Assembly (NCBI GenBank): GCA_029266595.1
Contig: JAQSWO010000001.1
Location: 1 to 59,142 of the forward strand
Length of the DNA stretch: 59,142 nucleotides
Origin: Gammaproteobacteria bacterium
GTDB lineage: Bacteria; Pseudomonadota; Gammaproteobacteria; JAURND01
Direction of reading: 5' to 3'
The notes beneath the pieces were generated by a model, which saw only the letters and a program-made list of their open reading frames with translations, was not told the origin of the DNA and did no database searches. Below are positions 19,083-30,220 of this stretch, piece by piece; positions within the stretch are counted from its first letter, which is position 1; every line of letters begins with the position of its first letter. Position numbers and translations under genes: made by a program.

Positions 19083-21935
19083 CTAAGGTGCTAGCGCTGC
19101 GTCAACCAAGGCCTTCTGCGTCTGAAGATGCAGCTTCATATAGCCTGCTGCTGGCGATGCAGAAGCTGCACGTCCTACATAGCGTAGCATTTGATCTTTA
19201 CCCAATGCGCTAGCTATGGCATCTCTTAGTACATACCACGATCCTTGATTTTCAGGCTCTTCTTGGCACCAAACAATATCTTTCACCTGCTTATATTTGG
19301 CTAATTCTGCCGCTAATGCTTTGACAGGGAAGGGATATAATTGTTCCACACGAATCAATGCAACATGTTCTAGCTGTTGTTCTCGACGCTGGACCAGCAA
19401 GTCGTAATAGACTTTCCCACTACATAAGACGACGCGCGTTATCTTCTTGCTCGTTAACTTATCAATTTCGGGGATAACTAATTGGAAGCCACCATGGCTC
19501 AATTCTTCTAAGGAAGAAACAGCTAACTTGTTACGTAAAAGACTTTTAGGCGTCATAACAACCAGAGGAATACGGCAAGGTCTTATCACTTGTCGCCTAA
19601 GGAGATGAAAAATCTGCGCTGGTGTCGTCGGCATACAAACTTGCATATTGCCTTGTGCACAAAGCTGCAGATACCGCTCTAATCTCGCAGAAGTATGCTC
19701 CGGACCAGCGCCTTCATAGCCATGCGGCAACAATAGCGTCAATCCACTTAAGGTACCCCATTTTTGCCAAGCAGAGCTCATAAATTGATCCACTATCACT
19801 TGGGCTCCATTGGCAAAATCACCATACTGCGCTTCCCAAATGGTGAGCGTCTTAGGCTCTGTACTAGCATAACCGTACTCAAACCCCATACTACCTGCTT
19901 CAGATAATAATGAATTATAAATTTGAAAAGGAGCCTGATGCTTGCTGATATTTGCTAATGGCGTGTATGTCTCCCCCGTTTGCTGATCATGCAATACCGC
20001 ATGTCTATGAGCAAAAGTTCCGCGTTGGCAGTCTTGACCAGACATACGCACCGCATAACCTTGGTCTACCAAACTAGCATAAGCCATGGTTTCAGCATAA
20101 CCCCAATCCATAGGCTGTTCGCCCTGTCCCATTTTTATGCGTGCCTGCAAGGTATGGCTCACTTGCCGTTGAACTTCAAAGCCTTCTGGTAGTTTCCGCA
20201 AACGTTCAGCCAATTCAATAAGCTTATTCTGCGGAACAGTGGTATCGGCTAATTGCATGCAATCCTGATGAGTATAAGGCAACCAGTCAGCGCCATACTC
20301 TTTGGCGCGGCCTTTATGATGTACCTCTACGACGGGCTTACCTGAGTCTAGCCTGTTTCTATAGTCTTCTACTAATGCATTCACTTCATCATCTGTGCAC
20401 ACCTTCTCGGCCACTAATTTTTGAGCATAGAGTTCGCGCGTTGTTGGGTGCTGACGTATGAAACGATACATAGCGGGTTGTGTGGCCGCAGGTTCATCCG
20501 CTTCGTTATGTCCTAAGCGGCGATAACAAACTAGATCGACGAAAATATCTTTATGGAATTTCTGTCGATAGTCCGCCGCCAGACGTGCTGCGCGGACCAC
20601 TGCTTCAGGGTCATCCCCGTTCACATGTATGACTGGCGCGTCTATCATTTTGGCAATATCGGTACAATAAGTGCTAGAACGTGACTCGCTGGCCTTGCTA
20701 GTGGTAAAACCAACTTGGTTGTTGATAACGATATGCACAACACCACCAATATTATAGGCGTCGGTTTGAGACATGCTTAGCGTTTCCATCACAATGCCTT
20801 GTCCTGCCATCGCGGCATCGCCATGCACGACCACGCCCATGACACCTTCTACACAACCTGCAGCTTGTCTTTGCTGCCTAGCGCGTACCGAGCCCATAAT
20901 CACGGGCGCTATGATTTCAAGGTGAGAGGGATTGAAAGCCAAAGCAAGATGTAAGGGTCCTGATGGCGTATCTATATCAGAAGCATGACCCAAGTGGTAT
21001 TTCACATCCGAGGAAAGATCGCCGTAATCTTTACGGCCTTCAAACTGTTCAAATAATGATTGTGGGGGATGCCCAAAGATGTTGATGAGCACACTCAAGC
21101 GGCCACGATGCGCCATACCAACGACTACTTCTTTTACATCTCTAGCAGCTGCTTGCTCATTAAGCATATGTATAAATGGGATAAAACTTTCACCACCTTC
21201 TAAAGAGAAACGCTTCTGCCCAACATATTTGGAGGCCAGATAACGCTCCATACCTTCAGCAGCGGTCAGCAGTTTAAGCGTAGCAAGTTTTTCATCCGTG
21301 GAAAGTGCTTGTCCGTGTCCTCCTTGTTCGAAGTGATGGCGCCACCAAGCACGTTCATCTTCATCACGGATATGCATGTACTCGATGCCTGTAGTACCAC
21401 AATAGGACTGGGCAAGTTTTTCAAGAATTTCTTTAAGCCTTCCTTTCCCACCCGGCAATAAGCCTTCCGCTTCAAACACTTGAGATTGATCGATTGACGC
21501 TAAAACGGGATAAGATGCCAAGCTTAGCTGAGATGGCGGAGGCTGCTTGTTATCTGAAGGGAGTGGATTGATATTCGAGGCTAAATGGCCGTTGGCACGG
21601 TAGGCATCTATCAGCTCCTTAACAGCGACCTGTTTGCGTAACTGGAGCGCATCCACCGGTCCTGATGCCGCCACCGCTGCCCGCCTAGCAAAGGGCTTTT
21701 GTGCTAGATCTATGAATTGCTGCCGCACATCGGCGTGCGAAATTGCCTGAGAAGATGCCTGAGAAGATGCTCCATTAGGAAGCATACTCTTAAAATATGT
21801 TTGCCACTCTCCATCGACAGAAGAAGGATCTTTTAAATAATCTTCATATAGATCTTCAAGGTAAGCAGCATTATTGCCAGAAAGGTAGGAAGTAGCGCGC
21901 AAGCGCTGTATTTTTGAGTCGTTTAAGTCAGACAT
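19083..21935 (-). CDS. sucA: 2-oxoglutarate dehydrogenase E1 component
   Basis: 950 aa, collinear with SucA: GMAHRGRLSVL, HGDAAMAGQG, transketolase-like C-terminal half. Confidence 0.96.
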   Translation of the reverse strand: MSDLNDSKIQRLRATSYLSGNNAAYLEDLYEDYLKDPSSVDGEWQTYFKSMLPNGASSQASSQAISHADVRQQFIDLAQKPFARRAAVAASGPVDALQLRKQVAVKELIDAYRANGHLASNINPLPSDNKQPPPSQLSLASYPVLASIDQSQVFEAEGLLPGGKGRLKEILEKLAQSYCGTTGIEYMHIRDEDERAWWRHHFEQGGHGQALSTDEKLATLKLLTAAEGMERYLASKYVGQKRFSLEGGESFIPFIHMLNEQAAARDVKEVVVGMAHRGRLSVLINIFGHPPQSLFEQFEGRKDYGDLSSDVKYHLGHASDIDTPSGPLHLALAFNPSHLEIIAPVIMGSVRARQQRQAAGCVEGVMGVVVHGDAAMAGQGIVMETLSMSQTDAYNIGGVVHIVINNQVGFTTSKASESRSSTYCTDIAKMIDAPVIHVNGDDPEAVVRAARLAADYRQKFHKDIFVDLVCYRRLGHNEADEPAATQPAMYRFIRQHPTTRELYAQKLVAEKVCTDDEVNALVEDYRNRLDSGKPVVEVHHKGRAKEYGADWLPYTHQDCMQLADTTVPQNKLIELAERLRKLPEGFEVQRQVSHTLQARIKMGQGEQPMDWGYAETMAYASLVDQGYAVRMSGQDCQRGTFAHRHAVLHDQQTGETYTPLANISKHQAPFQIYNSLLSEAGSMGFEYGYASTEPKTLTIWEAQYGDFANGAQVIVDQFMSSAWQKWGTLSGLTLLLPHGYEGAGPEHTSARLERYLQLCAQGNMQVCMPTTPAQIFHLLRRQVIRPCRIPLVVMTPKSLLRNKLAVSSLEELSHGGFQLVIPEIDKLTSKKITRVVLCSGKVYYDLLVQRREQQLEHVALIRVEQLYPFPVKALAAELAKYKQVKDIVWCQEEPENQGSWYVLRDAIASALGKDQMLRYVGRAASASPAAGYMKLHLQTQKALVDAALAP

Positions 21936-22102
21936 GTAGCCCTCAATATTAGGTATGAGCGTGGTAGTAGGCTCTGTTTATAATTCTGTTATGCTAAGTG
22001 TATACGCTGATTTTCTGTGAGGCTTAGCTTAGCGAATTGTAAACAGGCCTTAATTTTTTCTATTTTATTTCTCGTCATAGCATGCAAAGTGAGCTGAGTA
22101 TA

Positions 22103-22861
22103 CTAACTCGTATCCTTCAACATTTCGTCTCTCAAATGGGCAATAGCCTTGGTCGGATTGAGCCCTTTGGGGCAGACATCTACACAATTCATAATGGTAC
22201 GACAACGAAACATGCTGAAGGGGTCTTCCAATGCTTCTAAACGTTCAGCCTTCTGTGTATCGCGACTATCTGCGACAAAGCGATACGCCCACAGCAATGC
22301 AGCTGGTCCCATAAACTTGTCGGGATTCCACCAAAAAGATGGACAAGATGTTGTGCAACACGCACATAAAATACATTCATATAAGCCATCCAGTTTGTTG
22401 CGCTCTTCTATCGATTGGAGACGCTCTCTGACTGGCGGATCATTCTTGTTTTGTAAAAAGGGTTTAGCCTTTTCATATTGCTTGTAGAATTGCGTCATGT
22501 CGACGATTAAATCTCGAACGACAGGTAAACCCGGCAGCGGTCTAATCGTAATATGATTACTGAAATCGAGATAAGAAGTCACACAAGCCAAACGGTTTTT
22601 GCCATTGATATTCATGCCATCAGAACCACACACGCCCTCACTACAAGAGCGCCTAAAGCCCAAGGTTGGATCCTTAATCTTTAGCGCTTCCAGCAAATCC
22701 AGCATCATCACGCCCTGAAACTCAGAGGTATGAATATCATAGTCCTGTGTATAAGGTTTTTTATCAACATCAGGATTGTAGCGATAAATGGATACTGTTA
22801 ACTGCCTGTCTTCAGGCATACCCGCATTAGAAGATGTTAGTGTAACGTTTGTCTTTGCCAT
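22103..22861 (-). CDS. sdhB: succinate dehydrogenase iron-sulfur subunit
   Basis: Three Cys clusters: CSEGVCGSDGMNING, CILCACCTTSCP, CRTIMNCVDVCP. Confidence 0.96.
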   Translation of the reverse strand: MAKTNVTLTSSNAGMPEDRQLTVSIYRYNPDVDKKPYTQDYDIHTSEFQGVMMLDLLEALKIKDPTLGFRRSCSEGVCGSDGMNINGKNRLACVTSYLDFSNHITIRPLPGLPVVRDLIVDMTQFYKQYEKAKPFLQNKNDPPVRERLQSIEERNKLDGLYECILCACCTTSCPSFWWNPDKFMGPAALLWAYRFVADSRDTQKAERLEALEDPFSMFRCRTIMNCVDVCPKGLNPTKAIAHLRDEMLKDTS

Positions 22862-24621
22862 TAATGTTCCCTCAGTTGTAATTCAATAGGGGCTGTTTCT
22901 TTTGTCTTCTGGCTGACTTGTCTTTCTCCTACGCGCCCATCTCCAAAATATAGTGAATGCTTTAACCAATGCGCATCATCTCGATCAGGGAAGTCTATGC
23001 GAGAGTGTCCGCCTCGACTTTCCTTCCTTCGCTCAGCAGAAACTGCAGTCGATAGCGCAACCTCCATCATATTGTCCAGCTCAAGCGCCTCAATACGCGC
23101 CGTATTAAAGGTTAAACTCTTATCCTGAAGAACTGCGTGGGCTAAACGTTCTTTTAGCGCTTGCAGTTTCTTTAAGCCATCATTCATCGTATCGCCATCA
23201 CGGAACACACCAAAGTCTTTCTGCATGATCATCTTCATTTCTGTACGAATGACATGCATGTCTTCGCCTTTTTGAGAGAAGTTCCAACGATTTAAGCGAG
23301 ACATAGCTTCTTCCAGCTCTGCTGTACCAACCTGTGGCATCTCAATCCCACTTTGCAATGCTGCTTCAAGATGCAAGCCGGCTGCTCGACCAAACACAAC
23401 GATGTCCAACAGAGAATTCGCTCCCAAACGATTAGCGCCATGTACCGATACAGAGGCACATTCTCCTGCACCATAAAGACCTGGAACGATTTGGTCTTTA
23501 CCCAGTTTGTTCACAGTCAGTACTTCACCATTGATATTCGTGGGCATACCACCCATTAGGTAATGGCAAGTTGGGGTCACTGGAATAGGGGCCTTAGTAA
23601 TATCTACACCTGCAAATGTTTTAGCGAGAGTCATTACCGTCGGCAACCTTTCCTTCAATACTTCTTCGCCCAAATGATCTAGCTTTAACAATACATAATC
23701 GCCTTTAGGACCCAAACCTCGGCCTTCTCTAATTTCTATCATGGAGGAACGTGACACCACATCACGGCAGGAAAGGTCCTTTAAATGCGGCGCATAGCGC
23801 TCCATAAAACGTTCGCCGTTTTTATTGAGCAGATAGCCCCCTTCACCACGGCAACCTTCTGTAACCAACACACCCACACCGGCGATACCTGTTGGATGAA
23901 ATTGCCACATTTCCATATCTTGTAAGGGAAGCCCTGCACGCAGCACTAAGCCTAAACCATCCCCTGTACATGTATGAGCATTGGTAGTGGTTTGGAATAT
24001 ACGACCTGCACCACCTGTCGCCAAAATAGTCGCGCGACTCTTAAGAAACACAACTTCACCAGTTTCTATGCAAAGCGCAATCACCCCAGCAATACCGCCA
24101 TTGACTGACTTGACCAAATCAACAGCATACCATTCGTTGTAACAATGCGTACGCGCTTCTACATTTTTCTGATAGAGCGTATGCAACATAGCATGACCTG
24201 TACGATCTGCCGCTGCGCATGTACGATGTGCCAAATCACCACCGAAATTTAGCGTTTGGCCACCAAAAGCACGCTGGTAGATTTTACCTTGCTCGTTACG
24301 AGAGAAAGGCAGACCCATATGCTCTAATTCAATAATCGTATCCGGCGCATGCTTACACATATATTCGATCGCATCCTGGTCGCCTAAAAAATCTGCGCCC
24401 ATGACCGTATCATACATGTGCCAACGCCAGTTATCTGGCCCGCTATTCCCTAAAGCAGCATTGATACCACCTTGTGCGGCTACTGTATGGGATCGGGTGG
24501 GAAATACTTTAGATACCATCGCTACTTTTTTCCCCGACTGCGCCAATTGCAAGGCAGCACGCTGACCAGCTCCGCCTGCACCAATAATCACGGCATCAAA
24601 TACATGTTCCGATAAACTCAT
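22861..24621 (-). CDS. sdhA: succinate dehydrogenase flavoprotein subunit
   Basis: [17 protein letters not shown], the covalent FAD histidine context [10 protein letters not shown], and HGANRLG. The ATG at 24621 forms an ATGA overlap with the sdhD stop. The 44-aa N-terminal extension in the track is rejected. Confidence 0.95.
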   Translation of the reverse strand: MSLSEHVFDAVIIGAGGAGQRAALQLAQSGKKVAMVSKVFPTRSHTVAAQGGINAALGNSGPDNWRWHMYDTVMGADFLGDQDAIEYMCKHAPDTIIELEHMGLPFSRNEQGKIYQRAFGGQTLNFGGDLAHRTCAAADRTGHAMLHTLYQKNVEARTHCYNEWYAVDLVKSVNGGIAGVIALCIETGEVVFLKSRATILATGGAGRIFQTTTNAHTCTGDGLGLVLRAGLPLQDMEMWQFHPTGIAGVGVLVTEGCRGEGGYLLNKNGERFMERYAPHLKDLSCRDVVSRSSMIEIREGRGLGPKGDYVLLKLDHLGEEVLKERLPTVMTLAKTFAGVDITKAPIPVTPTCHYLMGGMPTNINGEVLTVNKLGKDQIVPGLYGAGECASVSVHGANRLGANSLLDIVVFGRAAGLHLEAALQSGIEMPQVGTAELEEAMSRLNRWNFSQKGEDMHVIRTEMKMIMQKDFGVFRDGDTMNDGLKKLQALKERLAHAVLQDKSLTFNTARIEALELDNMMEVALSTAVSAERRKESRGGHSRIDFPDRDDAHWLKHSLYFGDGRVGERQVSQKTKETAPIELQLREH

Positions 24622-24968
24622 CTCAGCCCCCATACAATGGCAACAGCCCATGCCAGATAACTGAACAGGGACAAAACAATGACAATGACTAGCAACAAAC
24701 GAAAACGGGGACAGTTGATATAGTCTGTCAACACCGTCCACATTCCTACCCACGTGTGATATACCATACTAAGCAGCGCTAAAAAGGTAAAAATTCGCAT
24801 AAAACCATTTTGGAATAAAGCTGTCCACAGTCCAAAACTCATAGGCTGATTGAGCATAAAGAAACCCACAAGAAAAATAACATATCCAGCCAACACAATG
24901 GCTGTTATGCGTTGAACCAGCCAATCACGTAAGCCGCTTCTTGTGAGACTTGTGACACTTCTTAGCAT
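24618..24968 (-). CDS. sdhD: succinate dehydrogenase hydrophobic membrane anchor subunit
   Basis: About 116 aa with three TM helices. Lies between sdhC and sdhA. The ATG at 24968 overlaps the sdhC stop. Confidence 0.85.
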   Translation of the reverse strand: MLRSVTSLTRSGLRDWLVQRITAIVLAGYVIFLVGFFMLNQPMSFGLWTALFQNGFMRIFTFLALLSMVYHTWVGMWTVLTDYINCPRFRLLLVIVIVLSLFSYLAWAVAIVWGLR

Positions 24969-25336
24969 AACCAAACTCCCAAAGAGATCGCTAATATGGC
25001 AGAAATAATCAATGTAAAATAAGAAGCCATCCGCGCACAAGGCAATGACTCACAAACCCCCAAATCCATAATGAGATGTCGGATACCTGCCACTAAATGA
25101 TAAGCCAGCGCACTTAAGGCTACCCAAAGCAATAACTTAAAGCCCCAAAAACTCAGCGATTTTTGTAGCGCGTTAAAGGAGAACTCCGAACCTAAAGATT
25201 CAGATAACATCCAAATGAACAGTGGGAGCAACAGAAATAAAATGACGCCAGAAATTCGATGCAAAATAGATGCAATTGCAGGAACAGGTTGTCTAATTGT
25301 CAGCAAATTAAGGTTAATGGGCCTTTTCTGTTTCAT
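24962..25336 (-). CDS. sdhC: succinate dehydrogenase cytochrome b556 subunit
   Basis: MKQKRPINLNL...PAIASILHRISGV is a typical SdhC N-terminus. The track start at 25360 is a TTG, and I prefer the ATG at 25336. Confidence 0.88.
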   Translation of the reverse strand: MKQKRPINLNLLTIRQPVPAIASILHRISGVILFLLLPLFIWMLSESLGSEFSFNALQKSLSFWGFKLLLWVALSALAYHLVAGIRHLIMDLGVCESLPCARMASYFTLIISAILAISLGVWLC

Positions 25337-25597
25337 GGGTTTAATCCTAGTTATGAACAATTGTCTTCACAAAGCAGGAAGCGCCTCCTTTTTCTGAGCT
25401 TGGCGCTATGAGACCGCCGCCTATTGCGGCGGATTATAGACCCAAATAATGAAGAACTTAAACCACTTTAGCCGGCATTTCTACGAAAATCACTATACGT
25501 TATCAGCAATGATAGATCATCCTTGCAATTTTCTTAACCAAGTGCCATATACTGCAAACGCTAGCCTAATTTTTAACGATATATAGGGAGAAGGAAA

Positions 25598-26086
25598 ATG
25601 AAACACAAATTTACCGAAAAACATGACTTTATGGCCGTCACGGGCTCAAACAAAGTGATTAACCTGCTCAATCAGTCTTTAGCCAATGCCATTGCCCTAA
25701 AACTGCAAGCCAAACAGGCTCATTGGAATGTGAAGGGCCCTAATTTTATCGCTCTGCATGAGTTATTCGACAAAGTATCAGGTGAGGTCGATGGATATGC
25801 CGATATGCTGGCGGAACGTGCCGTCCAACTGGGTGGGTTAGCAGAGGGGACATTACAACATATAGGGGCAGCGAATTCTTTGGATCTCTACCCTGCAGAT
25901 ACACAAGATGAACAGGAACATATTAAAGCTTTGAGCAGAAGTATCTTTAAGTTCGCAGATGGCACCCGTCAGTTGATTAAGCAAGCAGCAGAAGCCAATG
26001 ATGATGTAACCGCAGACGTTTGTACTGAGGTCACTAGGGGAATGGATATGCTATATTGGTTTGTCTCTGCGCATTTAGCAACTTAA
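25598..26086 (+). CDS. dps: Dps family DNA starvation/stationary-phase protection protein
   Basis: AHWNVKGPNFIALHELFD ferroxidase-site motif. RBS GGGAGAAGGA upstream. Confidence 0.9.
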   Translation: MKHKFTEKHDFMAVTGSNKVINLLNQSLANAIALKLQAKQAHWNVKGPNFIALHELFDKVSGEVDGYADMLAERAVQLGGLAEGTLQHIGAANSLDLYPADTQDEQEHIKALSRSIFKFADGTRQLIKQAAEANDDVTADVCTEVTRGMDMLYWFVSAHLAT

Positions 26087-26235
26087 GGCTATCCCAACTT
26101 TCTCGAGTAGTGGTAAGAAAAAACCATATTTTTTACGCGGTGGGGTTGGTTAAGGCAGATAAATAAAGAAAAAGTAATAACTTACCCCCTACTGGGCTTG
26201 ACATAAATGGGTAGATTTTAGCGCATCGTTCCTAG

Positions 26236-28305
26236 TCAATCACTGTTAGGCCTTATCAATAGCAATTTCCCATCCCAATCTACTTTTTGCACAACCAGCG
26301 GCTGGTCCTCATAACTGACATGTATAACTTTAAACATAAACGATGAACTCAAAGACTTTAGGAAATTTTTAGCCGCGCTATCATACAGAGCGCGAACTTT
26401 TTGAGCAGGTAGCTTGATTCGGTTTTCATGCGAAACATAGGCATACAGACTGCCCAGCCAAAATGCTTTAGCTGTGGTAGGATTATTTTCCAGCGTCGCA
26501 AATGACCTCCATAGTATCAAAGTGATTTGCTGACCTTGATCGTCTAATCGTGTAAACAACCTCACGGGTGTCTCATTGTGATAACGGACAGGCAATATGG
26601 GAAGATGGGCTGAATGGCTGCTCACAGATAACCTGTGCAAAACACTAGACAATCGAAAATCGATGGCATGATTCACCCAACCGCCCTTCAACATCGCAGT
26701 CGTGATGTCGTCCAATCCCCCCGCCCATTGCACATTTAATACCTCTTTGAGATGCCCCAGTCCTGAAGTGGTGAACAACGGAATTTCTTCATTTCTGATA
26801 TTACTCTCCCACCAACTATCCTGATCAATGGTAATATTTGGCCAGTACAAAGTGTAATCATGCTGCGCCATCCTGAAGTGCGTCACGCCGTAAATCGATC
26901 CCACCACTAATACCGCACTTAAAGAAATGCCTGCCAAAGCGCCCGGCTGAGCTGATCGCATAGGACGTCTCACATAAAATAGAACGCCTAACAAAACAAA
27001 AATCAGTCCAAGGAATATGCCGGCCAGCACATCTGTCAGCCAGTGCGCGCCCAAATAAAGACGAGACAAACTCACTAAGCCAATCACAATCCCCGCAATG
27101 CTATAAATAAAACCACGCCTACTAGGCGTGACGGCAGAAGCAATTAAAAAGGCAAGGAATCCGTAGAAAATCATGGACAAGCTTGCATGTCCGCTGGGGA
27201 AAGATGAATCAAGGGCTACGTTGAGTATCCCCTGGGGCCTAGGCGAAAAGTACACATATTTCGCTAAGTATCCCGCACCAGCGCCTAGTACAACCGTGCT
27301 CAACCAAATATAACCAATCCGAATATTGCGCCGCCATATTAACCAGAGACCAACCAACAATGCCGCCGGCAATAGTATTTTTTTATCGCCCAAGAAGGTG
27401 ATAGCAATCGCAACATTGTCTAGAGGAAGATGGCGAAGGTACCGGAATAGCGAATATACGGGAGTATTTCCCCATGTTAGTACTCCTTGCGAATACACGC
27501 TAATCCAAAGCCATATAAAGATCAGGCCACACAAAAAGATGGCAATCATTCTAGTCAGCTGTTGATGTGGATGCGTTTGATAGGGGTGGTTAAAGAAGTC
27601 GGTGATTACCGTCATACGGGAAGATTGAAACCACGCAGTCCACGCCTTTTCTATCAAACGATCGATGAGTTGTAAGGCTCGCTTAAAACAGATATGCATT
27701 CCCACAAAAATAAGCCAACCAAAGGCAACTGCACACAATGTCAAAAGTATAAACTTAGTGGCAGCAGCCGGTGGCAACTCAAGCGAAAGCGCGCCTACCA
27801 AGATGCCTGGAAGAATATAAATAACTACCCAAATGGTTGCTGATGGCAGGGCTGCCATAATAAAACGCCCCGTACGCATATGCATCATTCCCGCGATCAA
27901 GGGTACGGCACTTCTAATAGGACCAAAAAAGCGTCCGAAGACTACGCTCTTTCCTCCATGCTTACGAAAAAAATCTTCCCCTAATGTCAGCCAGCGTGGA
28001 TTTTTATTTAAAGGCCAGATAGATCTCAAGCGCTGGTTATAACGTGCTCCTACCCAATAGCTAAAGAAATCCCCAACAAAAGCTCCTAGCGTCGCGCAAA
28101 TCAGCGTTGGCGTGGCAGGCAAAATACCCCCACCAATTAATGCACCAATTGCTGTCATGGTGACCGAACCAGGGATTATAGTACCGATAATGGGGAGAGA
28201 TTCTGCAAAGGCGACAGCAAATGCAACAAGATAAGCTGTATGAGGATGGGTATGGAGGTAACCGATTAGGCCAGCCATCAGGTGGTGTATATATGCGAAG
28301 TCCAT
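26236..28305 (-). CDS. three-part fusion protein: DedA/VTT domain, PAP2 phosphatase and an unassigned C-terminal domain of about 230 aa
   Basis: N-terminal DedA-like region (FAESLPIIGTIIPG...FGRFFGPIRSAVPLIAG). Central PAP2 motifs (KYVYFSPRP, SFPSGHAS, SRLYLGAHWLTDV). The soluble-looking C-terminal region was not recognised by eye. Confidence 0.8.
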   Translation of the reverse strand: MDFAYIHHLMAGLIGYLHTHPHTAYLVAFAVAFAESLPIIGTIIPGSVTMTAIGALIGGGILPATPTLICATLGAFVGDFFSYWVGARYNQRLRSIWPLNKNPRWLTLGEDFFRKHGGKSVVFGRFFGPIRSAVPLIAGMMHMRTGRFIMAALPSATIWVVIYILPGILVGALSLELPPAAATKFILLTLCAVAFGWLIFVGMHICFKRALQLIDRLIEKAWTAWFQSSRMTVITDFFNHPYQTHPHQQLTRMIAIFLCGLIFIWLWISVYSQGVLTWGNTPVYSLFRYLRHLPLDNVAIAITFLGDKKILLPAALLVGLWLIWRRNIRIGYIWLSTVVLGAGAGYLAKYVYFSPRPQGILNVALDSSFPSGHASLSMIFYGFLAFLIASAVTPSRRGFIYSIAGIVIGLVSLSRLYLGAHWLTDVLAGIFLGLIFVLLGVLFYVRRPMRSAQPGALAGISLSAVLVVGSIYGVTHFRMAQHDYTLYWPNITIDQDSWWESNIRNEEIPLFTTSGLGHLKEVLNVQWAGGLDDITTAMLKGGWVNHAIDFRLSSVLHRLSVSSHSAHLPILPVRYHNETPVRLFTRLDDQGQQITLILWRSFATLENNPTTAKAFWLGSLYAYVSHENRIKLPAQKVRALYDSAAKNFLKSLSSSFMFKVIHVSYEDQPLVVQKVDWDGKLLLIRPNSD

Positions 28306-28415
28306 TCTTCAAACCCTTTCTTGCTAAGCTTAGTTTTACCCTGGCTTTTAATTTCTGGATCCCAAATATTAACTTTTACAAGTGCTAAAAAGTAGCGCGA
28401 GGCGAAAGTAAACCC

Positions 28416-28572
28416 CGTAATAGGCCAGCCCCACCGCCATCAAGTTAAGAGATCTTGGTCATTTGTTGAGGCAGTAACAACAGGCATAACGGCAAACACG
28501 CATGATCACATCCGTGTGGCTCTTTGCCTTTCAATCCTGTTACTGCCTCAACTTAGTGAGAGTTAATGGCCG
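28416..28572 (+). mobile_element. family-B MITE (long hairpin) inserted just after a family-A terminus fragment
   Basis: gtaataggccagcccc (an A-type end) is followed by ccgccatcaagttaagagatc. The long stem is GTTGAGGCAGTAACAACAGG (28464-28483) with CCTGTTACTGCCTCAAC (28535-28551). The right end is cttagtgagagttaatggccg. Confidence 0.6.
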
Positions 28573-28609
28573 TGCAGGTCAGCCTCTACTCAGTCTCCTT
28601 ACCATTAAG

Positions 28610-29572
28610 TTACTCCGAAGTAGCCAGTGCCTGCCCTTGATCAGCATGGTAAGAAGAACGAACCAACGGACCACTTGCCACATGTACAAATCCAATACCT
28701 TCCGCAAACACACGTAACATCTCAAACTCCTGAGGTGTGACATAACGGGCGACGGGCATATGATGACGACTAGGTTGCAAATATTGGCCTAACGTCAGCA
28801 TATCCACTTGATGATCACGCAAATCTTGTAGCGTCTGCTTCACCTCATCTATCGTTTCCCCCAGGCCCATCATCAAGCCTGATTTAGTGGGCGTACTTGG
28901 AAAGCGAGCTTTATAGGCCTGTAATAAATCCAATGACCAGTCATAGTCCGATCCTGGCCTCGCTTGCTTATACAATCTCGGGACAGTTTCTATGTTGTGA
29001 TTGAAGACTTCTACCGGCGCCTTTTCGAGCTCAGCTAAGGCTCTTTCTACACGACCCTTTCCTCTAAAATCCGGTACAAGTACTTCAATTTTCAATCCTG
29101 GATTCTTTTCACGCGCCGCTTTAATACAAGCCGCAAAGTGGCTAGCACCCCCATCCCTCAAATCATCTCTATCAACCGATGTAATCACAACGTACTTTAG
29201 TCGCATCAGACGAACAGTCTCAGCTAGGTTTGCCGGTTCGTTGGGGTCTAGCAGGTCGGGACGGCCATGCGCGACATCGCAAAAGCTACAACGACGGGTA
29301 CACTTGTTACCCATAATCATAAAGGTCGCTGTTCCGTGTGAAAAACACTCAGATAGGTTGGGACAAGATGCTTCTTCGCAAACCGTCACCATATGGTGGC
29401 CGCGGAGTAATTCTTTCAGTTCTGACACTTTATTCGTGGTAGGCAGCTTGATGCGGATCCAATCAGGCTTAGGGAGCATTTGCTCTGTAGGAGCAATCTT
29501 AATGGGAATACGCGCAAGTTTATCAGCCGCTCTTTGACCAGCTTCTAGGCTGGCACTTTGTTGTTGTGTCAT
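28610..29572 (-). CDS. lipA: lipoyl synthase
   Basis: Radical-SAM [10 protein letters not shown] plus the auxiliary cluster [12 protein letters not shown]. Confidence 0.96.
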   Translation of the reverse strand: MTQQQSASLEAGQRAADKLARIPIKIAPTEQMLPKPDWIRIKLPTTNKVSELKELLRGHHMVTVCEEASCPNLSECFSHGTATFMIMGNKCTRRCSFCDVAHGRPDLLDPNEPANLAETVRLMRLKYVVITSVDRDDLRDGGASHFAACIKAAREKNPGLKIEVLVPDFRGKGRVERALAELEKAPVEVFNHNIETVPRLYKQARPGSDYDWSLDLLQAYKARFPSTPTKSGLMMGLGETIDEVKQTLQDLRDHQVDMLTLGQYLQPSRHHMPVARYVTPQEFEMLRVFAEGIGFVHVASGPLVRSSYHADQGQALATSE

Positions 29573-29584
29573 GGTTCTTCCTCT

Positions 29585-30208
29585 TTATTTTACGCTTATG
29601 GCTGCAGCGTGCCGCGCCGCCAATGTTTGCCCAAACTTCTCCCCTACTTCCTGAACTGTTGCCGTTACAAAATCACGCAACTGCGTCATTTGTAAGTCTT
29701 TAAAACCGCAGGGATTAATGCGAGAGAACGGCGTCAAGTCCATATCTATATTGAAGGCAATGCCATGGTATGAACACCCCTTACGAACCCGTAGGCCAAT
29801 AGAACAGATTTTCGCTCCTTCAATATAAACACCTGGCGCCTCACATTTAGACTCAGCAGAAACACCATAGCTCGCCAAAACATCTATCACACAGGATTCT
29901 AATGTCTGCACCAATTGTCGAGATCCCATGTTCAATCGTTGAAGGTCAAAAAGCGTGTAAGCTACCAGTTGACCAGGACCGTGGTAAGTTACTTGCCCAC
30001 CACGATCAGTACAAATCAACGGGATATCACCTAGATTTAGCACGTGCTCGGGTTTTCCTGCTAACCCTTGCGTAAACACGGGTGGGTGTTCTAATAGCCA
30101 AACCTCATCGGGGGTATTCGCATCACGTTGGTCTACAAAAACCTTCATTTTGTCCCACGTGGTTTGGTAATCACAGGTGCCCAGCTGTCGAATAATTAAA
30201 TTTTGCAC
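29585..30208 (-). CDS. lipB: octanoyltransferase (lipoate-protein ligase B)
   Basis: [32 protein letters not shown]. Confidence 0.94.
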   Translation of the reverse strand: MQNLIIRQLGTCDYQTTWDKMKVFVDQRDANTPDEVWLLEHPPVFTQGLAGKPEHVLNLGDIPLICTDRGGQVTYHGPGQLVAYTLFDLQRLNMGSRQLVQTLESCVIDVLASYGVSAESKCEAPGVYIEGAKICSIGLRVRKGCSYHGIAFNIDMDLTPFSRINPCGFKDLQMTQLRDFVTATVQEVGEKFGQTLAARHAAAISVK

Positions 30209-30220
30209 GAGTCATTCTTC

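Noticed and set aside
24622-24753. N-terminal extensions given by the ORF track for sdhA, sucB, mlaA, murD, dapB, the DAACS symporter, aspS and the OmpA-like gene
   Set aside because: The extensions start at upstream TTG, GTG or ATG codons that overlap preceding genes. They add residues absent from conserved N-termini. Internal ATGs with RBS-like sequences and ATGA overlaps fit better.
25414-25432. GC-rich hairpin CCGCCGCctattGCGGCGG between sdhC and dps, considered as a terminator
   Set aside because: It lies upstream of both divergent genes and has no T-run on either strand, so it is not a terminator. It may be a regulatory palindrome, but no evidence supports that.
29001-29537. 178-aa plus-strand ORF antisense to lipA, with similar long antisense ORFs at 12068-12496, 6188-6553, 18704-19051, 22149-22487 and 48435-48800
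   Set aside because: These are shadow ORFs opposite well-supported conserved genes. Their products are Ser/Ala/Arg/Pro-rich and low in complexity, with no motifs and no RBS.
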